From the NCBI GenBank assembly GCA_040767195.1, contig JAXGPA010000001.1, forward strand, positions 1-64,000: a stretch of 64,000 nucleotides of DNA. The letters are read 5' to 3'. Source of the stretch: Syntrophales bacterium (GTDB lineage: Bacteria > Desulfobacterota > Syntrophia > Syntrophales > UBA6807). The stretch's first letter is position 1. Each line of letters begins with the position of its first letter. Positions 57,118-64,000 of this stretch are shown one piece after another. The position numbers and the translations under genes are program-made. The notes under the pieces are model-generated. The model searched no databases. It saw nothing but the letters and a program-made list of their open reading frames with translations, and had not been told where the DNA came from.

Positions 57118-59553
57118 TTACCCGGGGGCTTCCCTCCCCTCCCGCCGGCGCCTCAGCATGACGAGCGCCGCCCCGGTCAGAAGAACCGCCAGGAGGATCA
57201 TCCCGTATTCGTCGAGGGTGGGGATCGCCTTCGGGTTTCGGACATCACCGGGAACGAGTTTCACCAGGAAGGCATCATAATCCCGATCCGAGGACTCAAA
57301 AGGATGTTTTGTCTGGAAGGCATGACGTGTCGGAAAATCCGGACTGAATGTCCAGCCTGTCACATACACGCCGCCGGCCCCGTCCAGAGCTATTCCCCGT
57401 GCTGAATCGTAATCTCTACCGCCCAGGTAGCTGGACCAGACAAGCTCACCCGTGGTTTCGACACAGGCGACAAACCCGTCCCAGTAGCCGTGAAAAGCCG
57501 TTTGAAATCCCCCTGTCACCGGAAAATCGGGACTTGATGTCCAGCCGGCCAGGTAAAGCCTTCCATCCCCTTCCAGCGCTATCCCGTATCCCCACTCATT
57601 TTCGCTTCCACCCAACAAGCTCGACCAGGCCAGCGCGGCATCGCCCTTTTCCGTCGTGTCGATACAGGCGACAAAGGCATCAGCGCCTCCGTTATAGGTG
57701 GATTGAAATCCCCCTCTCACCGGAAAATCGGGGCTTGCAGTCCAGCCGGACAGGTAAAGCCTTCCGGCCCCGTCCAGTGCTATCTCCTGTCCCCAATCTT
57801 TTTCGCTTCCCCCCAGGTAGCTCGACCAGGCCAGCGCGGCGTCGCCCTTTTCCGTCGTGTCGATACAGGCCACAAAGGCATCGTCCTTCCCGTGATGGGC
57901 CGACTGAAATCCCCCCCTCACCGGAAAATCGGGGCTCGTTGTCCAGCCCGTCACCCAGGCCCGTCCCCGTCCGTCGAGGACCAGGGCGTTCACCCTGTCG
58001 AATTTATTCCCGCCCAGGTAGGTCCCGTACAGGAGGTCCGACGGGCCGTTTCCGGAAGGATCGAGCTTGACGACAAAGGCCTCCAAATCGCCGTTTTTCG
58101 TCGTCCGGAACGCGTCCGGGGTGGTGGGAAAATCGGTGCTGTAGGTGTTGCCGGCGACATGAACGATTCCCTTGTCATCCACGGCGATGCTGTTTCCAGT
58201 ACACCCTATATAGTCGTTATTATTTCCCCCGAGGTAAGTGGCGTACACCAGGCTGGCCGGGCCGGCGATCGTGGTGTCCAACTTCGCGACCACCACATCG
58301 CAGCCGGGGTGACGGGCTCTCTGAAAGGCGTTCGGGGTAGTGGGAAAATCGGAGGAGATTGTAGTGGCGGCAACATACACATGGCCGGCGCCGTCGGCCA
58401 CCATTGATATACTTGGGTTTATTAAAGCTGGGCTTGCACCAGGCTCCCAGTAGTCATCGTCGTCGTTACCGGAGCCGCCCAGGTAGGAGCACCAGAGGAG
58501 GCTCTCGGCGCCTCTTTTTGTCGTATCGATCTTGGCGATGAAGAGGTCATAGCCGCCGGCCGGTATTTCCTGGAAGCCGTCCCGGACGGGAAAATCGGCG
58601 CTGTCCGTCCGGCCGGCCACGTAGACCACGCCGCTGTCATCAGCGACGGCGACCGCCATGCCGGCATCCGTGCCGCCGCCCCCCAGGCAGGTCCCGTAGG
58701 CCAGGACGACGGGATCGATGACCAGGGGGTGGCGGCTGTCGTACTCGCCGACGGAAAACCCGCAGATGTTTTCCGCCGTTTCCCGGAACGCCGAAGCCAC
58801 CGCCACCCGTGTCCCGGCGATTTCCTGGTAGGCGACGGGCCGCCGGTGGACCAGGTCCCCGGCGTCGGTCCGGACCCGGAGATCCCCATTTTCGTCGATC
58901 CGGACGTCGGCGGCGTCACCGTAGGAAAACCGGATTTTGCCGGGGTCCGCCCCGGGCGCCACGATCCAGTCATACTCGATTTGGTTTTCTACACCGTAGA
59001 CCTTGAGATCGATGCCCGGATAAAGGCCCCTGTACTGCACCGCCCGGGACGTGGGAAGGCCCCCGCACCACCGGGAAGGGTCCGACCCCCTGAAGCAGTT
59101 CACACGAAGGGCCGCCTCCCCCACCGGGAGGATCTCCGGCGAAGGATGGGCACCGACGAACCGAAGCCGCGCGACCCCCCGCGCCGCCGGTTTCCTTTCA
59201 CGGCCCTTCATCTCCCGGACATCCGGCGACGCACCGCCTCGCCCAGCGTCCGGCTCTCTCCGGACGACATCGAAAACCATCCCCTCAGGGGTGATCCACA
59301 GCGTGTAGCCCTGGACCTTCGCGTAAAACCGGGCCTCGGGGTCTGCCTGGCCCCTGTTTTCAGTGAAAAAAAGCGGGATATGGAGAAGATCGACCCCGCC
59401 CGCCGTCACCCCCGATGGGGCGTCCGGCAAGGGCTTCATGGAACCGGACGCCCGGTGAAGCCCGTCCCCCTCGCGCCCCTGACCGTCGGACGGCAAAACA
59501 CCAAAAAGACAGGTCAATGCAATAAAAATAACCGCAAACCAAACCTTTGCCAC
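57118..59553 (-). CDS. Secreted beta-propeller (SBBP repeat) surface protein with IPTL-CTERM-like sorting tail
   Basis: Signal peptide; F.ENRGQ, LYPGIDL..IEYDW.V.PGADP; repeated YLGG..D....IA.D..G..Y..G.T.S.DFP; AIPTLDEYG-TM-RRRR. Confidence 0.88.
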   Translation of the reverse strand: MAKVWFAVIFIALTCLFGVLPSDGQGREGDGLHRASGSMKPLPDAPSGVTAGGVDLLHIPLFFTENRGQADPEARFYAKVQGYTLWITPEGMVFDVVRREPDAGRGGASPDVREMKGRERKPAARGVARLRFVGAHPSPEILPVGEAALRVNCFRGSDPSRWCGGLPTSRAVQYRGLYPGIDLKVYGVENQIEYDWIVAPGADPGKIRFSYGDAADVRIDENGDLRVRTDAGDLVHRRPVAYQEIAGTRVAVASAFRETAENICGFSVGEYDSRHPLVIDPVVLAYGTCLGGGGTDAGMAVAVADDSGVVYVAGRTDSADFPVRDGFQEIPAGGYDLFIAKIDTTKRGAESLLWCSYLGGSGNDDDDYWEPGASPALINPSISMVADGAGHVYVAATTISSDFPTTPNAFQRARHPGCDVVVAKLDTTIAGPASLVYATYLGGNNNDYIGCTGNSIAVDDKGIVHVAGNTYSTDFPTTPDAFRTTKNGDLEAFVVKLDPSGNGPSDLLYGTYLGGNKFDRVNALVLDGRGRAWVTGWTTSPDFPVRGGFQSAHHGKDDAFVACIDTTEKGDAALAWSSYLGGSEKDWGQEIALDGAGRLYLSGWTASPDFPVRGGFQSTYNGGADAFVACIDTTEKGDAALAWSSLLGGSENEWGYGIALEGDGRLYLAGWTSSPDFPVTGGFQTAFHGYWDGFVACVETTGELVWSSYLGGRDYDSARGIALDGAGGVYVTGWTFSPDFPTRHAFQTKHPFESSDRDYDAFLVKLVPGDVRNPKAIPTLDEYGMILLAVLLTGAALVMLRRRREGREAPG
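57504..57950. repeat. Intragenic 201-bp tandem repeats
   Basis: GAAATCCCC..ACCGGAAAATCGGG at 57504, 57705 and 57906; GCTCGACCAGGCCAGCGCGGC at 57619 and 57820. Confidence 0.85.
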
Positions 59554-59920
59554 AGAAAACCCTCCTTCATTTCAAAATATCCCCAGGCCTCGTCGCCTTT
59601 CATCCTTCGCCACTGCGGCCCGGCGGCAAGACCGTCTCATCCCCCGGCATTCAGCCTGCCCGCTTTCGAAGCTTTCGCTGGAGCAGCCGCCCCCCGGGAA
59701 ACCGGCCCGTTTCCGGCAGGCCCGTCGGGAATCTCGAACACGTCTTTTGCAAGCCATCACGGAGGTGACCTCCCTCCGGGATTCGGAACGGGAATCGCAA
59801 CAATTTCGAAAGACGGAAGCAATAACCGTGCTATATTGTAACTAATTGTTATAATTGATTATTAATAAAGAGTACCGGGAGAGGACCCCGGGCCCGGTTG
59901 GCACCTGGCCGGTCACCCGG

Positions 59921-59960
59921 TTGGCAGTAGCTGGCAGCAGTTGGCAGCAGTTGGCAGTCG
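59921..59960. repeat. 10-bp tandem repeat, 4 units
   Basis: TTGGCAGTAG CTGGCAGCAG TTGGCAGCAG TTGGCAGTCG. Confidence 0.85.
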
Positions 59961-60088
59961 GGAGGCCCTTTCCGCCGCAGGAAAACAGCGTCCTCAAAAA
60001 ATACTTGGAACACGGGCGAAAATACTGCTACATGTCACATCCTGACGGAAGGCCTTCCCGGCTTTCCGATTTCAAGGATTGGCTGAAG

Positions 60089-60850
60089 ATGAAGACGGGA
60101 AAAGACGGTACGAACGATAAAAGGCCTTGTCGCCCCGTGAAGGATTGGATAATCTACCCCTTCCTTCTCACCCTGGATACCCTGGAGATGTTCCTGGCCC
60201 GGCAGGGGAGCGCGGCCCTCTTCAAGGTTCTCGCCGGCCTCGTGGTTTTCTGGTTTTTCTACGTCCCCGCCCATGAGCTTCTTCACGCCGCGGCGTGCTT
60301 TCTCACCGGCGGCGAGGTCCGGCAGCTGGCCCTGGAGCCGTGGTACGGGGCCGTCATCCTCGAAAAAATCTTTCCCTTCGTCGTCTCCGGTTCGGACTAC
60401 GCGGGACAGCTCACCGACTTTTCCGTCCCCGGCCGCTTCGCCTATCTCGTGGTCGACCTTTTCCCCTACCTCCCGAGCCTGTTCGGCGTGGCCCTCATCC
60501 TGCGCGCCCGGCGGAAGGAGCAGGCGCTCCTTTTCGGCCCGGCGCTCCTCCTCACCTTCGTGCCCCTCATGTCCATCCCCGGCGATTACTACGAGGCCGC
60601 GTCTCTCTTCACGTCCCCCGCCCTGGCCGCCCTGGCGCCGGGTTCCCCGGCGGATCTCCTGGTGAGCGACGACGCCGTGAAGCTCTTTTTCGATCTCAAG
60701 GCCGCCGGTCATATGGATCTTTTGAGCCTGTCCCTTTACGCGGCGGGCCTCGCTTTTGGCGCTCTCCTGGCCCTGGGCACCCTCGTCCTTCAGGTACTTA
60801 TCGTCCGGGACAGGCCGAACCCGCTTGACAAGACCCCCTTGAAAAGGTAG
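60089..60850 (+). CDS. Membrane protein with HExxH motif; start uncertain
   Basis: YVPAHELLHAAAC after a TM segment; GDYY downstream; several TM helices. Confidence 0.65.
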   Translation: MKTGKDGTNDKRPCRPVKDWIIYPFLLTLDTLEMFLARQGSAALFKVLAGLVVFWFFYVPAHELLHAAACFLTGGEVRQLALEPWYGAVILEKIFPFVVSGSDYAGQLTDFSVPGRFAYLVVDLFPYLPSLFGVALILRARRKEQALLFGPALLLTFVPLMSIPGDYYEAASLFTSPALAALAPGSPADLLVSDDAVKLFFDLKAAGHMDLLSLSLYAAGLAFGALLALGTLVLQVLIVRDRPNPLDKTPLKR

Positions 60851-60853
60851 TTT
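60825..60853 (+). promoter_or_regulatory. Putative promoter of HAD-queD-folE2
   Basis: TTGACA-17 bp-TAGTTT. Confidence 0.5.
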
Positions 60854-60965
60854 TCTACATCCTTCCGAGGCGGTCCCGGACGGCAGACCCTGGCGGAAAA
60901 GGACAGCCGGCAGGCCCGGCGGGCCCCAAAGCCGTTTCGCCCCCCCGCGGCGGAAGGGGCTACCC

Positions 60966-61682
60966 ATGGAGACGGTAACATTGCTGAAACCCTTCGTAAA
61001 ATTCGAACAGTCCATGGAGTGCGTCGCCTTCGATTTCGACGGGACACTGGCCCTCCTCAACATCGATTTCCCCGCCATGCGCCGGAGCGTCCTCGAGCTC
61101 GTCGTCTCCTTCGGCGTTCCCGGCGATGGGCTCGGGCATCTTCTCGCCCTGGAAATGATCGAAGAAGCCCGGAAACGGATCCTCGCCCGCGAGGACGGCG
61201 GGGACGAAGACTTCGCGAAAGAGGCGGAAGGCCTCATCCGGGCCTTCGAAATCGATGGGGCGGACCGGGGAAGCCTGTTTCCCGGCGTCATGGACATGTT
61301 TGCCGAATTGCGGAGAGCGAAGGTCAAGACGGCCATCGTCACCCGGAACTGCGCCGCGTCGGTCCTGAAGCTTTTTCCAGGCGTGGAAGAAGTCTGCGAG
61401 TGTATCGTGACACGGGAACACACGCCCCTGGTGAAACCTCACCCGGAACATCTCCGGATCGCTCTCCGGGAACTCGGAGCCGGTCCCGAAAGGACCGTCA
61501 TGGTGGGGGACCACCCCATGGACATGGAGCTGGGCAAGAAGGCGGGAACGCTCGCCGCGGGCGTCCTGACGGGCTACGCCGGGGAAGCCCTCCTCCGGGA
61601 GGCCGGGGCGGACCTCGTCGTTCACCGGGTGACCGATATCCTCGGTTATTTCCAGGGAGGAGGCGGGCCATGTACGAAGTGA
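60966..61682 (+). CDS. HAD family hydrolase
   Basis: FDFDGTL, IVTRN, KPHPE, MVGDHPMD. Confidence 0.92.
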   Translation: METVTLLKPFVKFEQSMECVAFDFDGTLALLNIDFPAMRRSVLELVVSFGVPGDGLGHLLALEMIEEARKRILAREDGGDEDFAKEAEGLIRAFEIDGADRGSLFPGVMDMFAELRRAKVKTAIVTRNCAASVLKLFPGVEEVCECIVTREHTPLVKPHPEHLRIALRELGAGPERTVMVGDHPMDMELGKKAGTLAAGVLTGYAGEALLREAGADLVVHRVTDILGYFQGGGGPCTK

Positions 61683-62047
61683 CCATCGAGAAAACCTTTT
61701 CCGCCGCCCATGCCCTTCTTGAAATCGGCGGCAAGTGCGAGGACCTCCACGGCCACAACTTCACCGTTCAGGTCACCGTAGCCGGCGACGTTCTCAACGA
61801 CGAGGGGCTCCTCCTCGATTTCCGCGTGCTGAAGAGGTGGACCGACGAAATCCTGGACCTCCTGGACCATCGTTTCCTCAACGAGGTCCCTTTTTTCCAG
61901 AGCATCAACCCCTCCTCGGAAAACATCGCCCGGTTCATTTTCGGGGAAATGAAAACCAGGATCGAGGGAACCCCCCTTCTCGTGGACCGGGTCACCGTCC
62001 GGGAATCGGCGAACGCCTGGGCGACCTACCGGGGGGACAGGTCATGA
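61670..62047 (+). CDS. queD: 6-carboxy-5,6,7,8-tetrahydropterin synthase
   Basis: FSAAH, CEDLHGHNF, LDH.FLNE, PSSENIA, V.VRES. Confidence 0.93.
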   Translation: MYEVTIEKTFSAAHALLEIGGKCEDLHGHNFTVQVTVAGDVLNDEGLLLDFRVLKRWTDEILDLLDHRFLNEVPFFQSINPSSENIARFIFGEMKTRIEGTPLLVDRVTVRESANAWATYRGDRS

Positions 62048-62811
62048 TGGATGTTCAGAACCGGCCCGACGACCGGAACATCGAGATCCAGAAAGTGGGG
62101 GTCAAGGGGATCCGGTACCCCGTCATCGTCCTCGACAAGGCCCGGGGCACCCAGCCGGTGAACGCCACGATCAACATGTACGTGAACCTCCCCCACCAGT
62201 TCAAGGGCACCCACATGAGCCGGTTCGTGGAAATCCTTAACGCCTGCCGGGGGCAGATCAACCTGAGGACCTTCCAGGAAATCCTGGAGACCATGCGGGA
62301 AAGGCTGAACGCCCGGTCCGCCCACATGGACATCGCCTTCCCCTATTTCATCGAGAAGACGGCCCCCGTCTCCGGGGCCAGAAGCCTCATGGCCTACGAC
62401 TGTCTCTTTTCCGGGGAAAACACCGCGGAGAGAAAGGACTTCCTGGTGGGCGTCACCGTCCCGGTGACCACCGTCTGCCCCTGCTCCAAGGAAATTTCCA
62501 CTTCCGGGGCCCACAACCAGAGAAGCCTCCTCCGGCTCTGTCTCCGGTTCAAGAAATTCTTCTGGATCGAGGACGTGATCCGCCTCCTCGAGGAGTCGGC
62601 AAGCAGCGAAATCTACGCCCTCCTCAAGCGGCCCGACGAAAAATACGTCACCGAAAAAGCCTTCGAAAGACCCATGTTCGTCGAGGACGTCGTCCGGACC
62701 GTGGCGGAGAAGCTGAACGGCATCGACAACTTCACCTGGTACAGCATCGAGGCGGAAAACATCGAAAGCATCCACAACCACAGCGCCTACGCCTACATCG
62801 AAAAAACCTGA
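62044..62811 (+). CDS. folE2: GTP cyclohydrolase IB
   Basis: KGTHMSRF, TVCPCSKEIS..GAHNQRS, LLKRPDEK, PMFVED, ESIHNHSAY. Confidence 0.95.
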   Translation: MMDVQNRPDDRNIEIQKVGVKGIRYPVIVLDKARGTQPVNATINMYVNLPHQFKGTHMSRFVEILNACRGQINLRTFQEILETMRERLNARSAHMDIAFPYFIEKTAPVSGARSLMAYDCLFSGENTAERKDFLVGVTVPVTTVCPCSKEISTSGAHNQRSLLRLCLRFKKFFWIEDVIRLLEESASSEIYALLKRPDEKYVTEKAFERPMFVEDVVRTVAEKLNGIDNFTWYSIEAENIESIHNHSAYAYIEKT

Positions 62812-62843
62812 CAAAAAGAACCCATTCTCTTTCCCTTGGAATA

Positions 62844-62950
62844 TTGATGAACTGCTAAAAGGGGACAGATTTCAAATCTGTCCCCTTTGATTGTTCATGA
62901 CCCGAGGGGTGAAGCGTAACGCCAGGATCGGACTTTTTACGAAGTCGTCA
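62844..62950. repeat. Family B element containing a 31-bp palindrome (62858-62888)
   Basis: Ends TTGATGAACTGCTAAAA and GGACTTTTTACGAAGTCGTCA (21-nt identity with 27293-27313); AAAGGGGACAGATTT-C-AAATCTGTCCCCTTT inside. Confidence 0.8.
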
Positions 62951-64000
62951 GAGTTTACCGGAACGGAGAACGGCGATAAGAAGCCAGACGCCGAGGACGG
63001 CGGCGAGAAGGAAGCCGAAAAGGCCGAGGCCCGACAGGCCGAAAAGCTTGGGTCCCACGTCGGCCCGGATGATCAGGGAAGACCCGACGATGATGGCGGA
63101 CACGACGAGGGCGAAGGAGATGCGGTTGGAAGAGCGGTCCAGCTCGAAGATGAACGGCTCCAGGCGCCGGTGCTCGAACCCGATCCTGACCTTGCCCTGG
63201 CGGAGCTGTTTCAGGATGTCCCGAAGGTCCACCGGCATCTCCCTCAAGAGGCGCAGGATCTCGCCCAGGGTTTCCGCGGTCTCCTCGGTGATCCGGGAGG
63301 GATGGAACCGGGCCCTTCGAAGCCGGCGGATGAAAGGCGCCGCCTGGGCGGTCATGTCGAAATCGGGGTCGAGAACCCGCCCCAGGCCCTCCGTCGCCGC
63401 CAGGGCCTTGACCATGAGATACCGGTCATAAGGCAGGCGAAGCCGATGACGGGAGATGAGCCGGAGGAGCTGATCCAGAACCGCCTCCACGCGGATCTCC
63501 CGAAGGGGGCGGTCCACGTAGAGGTCCGTGAGCGCCGAGAGGTCCCGTTCCAGGGCCCGCCGGTCCGGTTCCTCGTCCCGTTCCACGAGCTGGAGAAGGG
63601 CCGTCGCCGCCCGGCTCTCGTCCCGCCTGACCAGGGCGTAGACCATGTCGGCCATGTCCTCCCGGGATCGGCGGTCCACCGAGCCCATCATGCCGAAATC
63701 GAGGTAGCAGATCACGTTCCCGGGAAGAACCCAGAGGTTCCCCGGGTGGGGGTCCCCGTGAAAAAAGCCGAAGCGGAAAATCTGCTCGAGAAGCAGGTCC
63801 GCTCCCCGGGAGGCGACGGTCTTCCGGTCGTATCCCTGCCCGTCGAGGAGATCCACCCGGGATGACTTGATTCCCTCGACGTATTCCATGACCAGGACGC
63901 GCTTCGTGACCATTTCGTGAAACATGGCGGGGACGTAAATGGCTTCGTTTCCCTGGAACAGCCTGGCGAAGCGCTCCCCGTGGTCCGCCTCGGCCCGGTA
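62948..64000 (-). CDS. ABC1/AarF/UbiB family kinase-like protein, 5' part outside the window
   Basis: VLVMEYVEG, GFFHGDPHPGN, YLDFGMMG, C-terminal TM helices. Confidence 0.9.
   Translation of the reverse strand, partial: YRAEADHGERFARLFQGNEAIYVPAMFHEMVTKRVLVMEYVEGIKSSRVDLLDGQGYDRKTVASRGADLLLEQIFRFGFFHGDPHPGNLWVLPGNVICYLDFGMMGSVDRRSREDMADMVYALVRRDESRAATALLQLVERDEEPDRRALERDLSALTDLYVDRPLREIRVEAVLDQLLRLISRHRLRLPYDRYLMVKALAATEGLGRVLDPDFDMTAQAAPFIRRLRRARFHPSRITEETAETLGEILRLLREMPVDLRDILKQLRQGKVRIGFEHRRLEPFIFELDRSSNRISFALVVSAIIVGSSLIIRADVGPKLFGLSGLGLFGFLLAAVLGVWLLIAVLRSGKL

Noticed and set aside
60855..60965. preQ1 riboswitch ahead of queD-folE2
   Set aside because: The leader is GC-rich and lacks the preQ1-I stem plus A-rich tail.

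Overview
A GC-rich bacterial chromosomal segment. Gene content and repeats suggest an anaerobic Deltaproteobacterium (Desulfobacterota/Syntrophales-like), which is an inference only. About 50 protein genes are mostly housekeeping or transport: thrC, a liv-type ABC operon, TamB plus an Omp85/TamA-like protein, epmB-efp-epmA, a polar amino-acid ABC transporter, a MoxR/VWA pair, queD-folE2 and a partial ubiB-family kinase. No rRNA, tRNA, CRISPR array, integrase or transposase was recognised. The most unusual signals are: (1) a MaoC hot-dog protein whose UGA 'stop' looks like a selenocysteine codon followed by a SECIS-like hairpin; (2) loop-less 56-60 bp palindromes bracketing an AT-rich two-gene cassette, with half-copies elsewhere; (3) an orphan c-di-GMP-I riboswitch followed only by a C-rich hairpin/terminator, and a second promoter-to-terminator unit with anti-Shine-Dalgarno-like C-rich loops (candidate sRNAs); (4) an adenylate cyclase with an MshEN-like N-terminus in an operon with LysM/deacetylase lipoproteins; (5) a 59-aa CxxC/CPxC microprotein missed by the ORF track; (6) a second, MITE-like repeat that sits at stop codons. 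Family calls come from motif recognition, not database searches.
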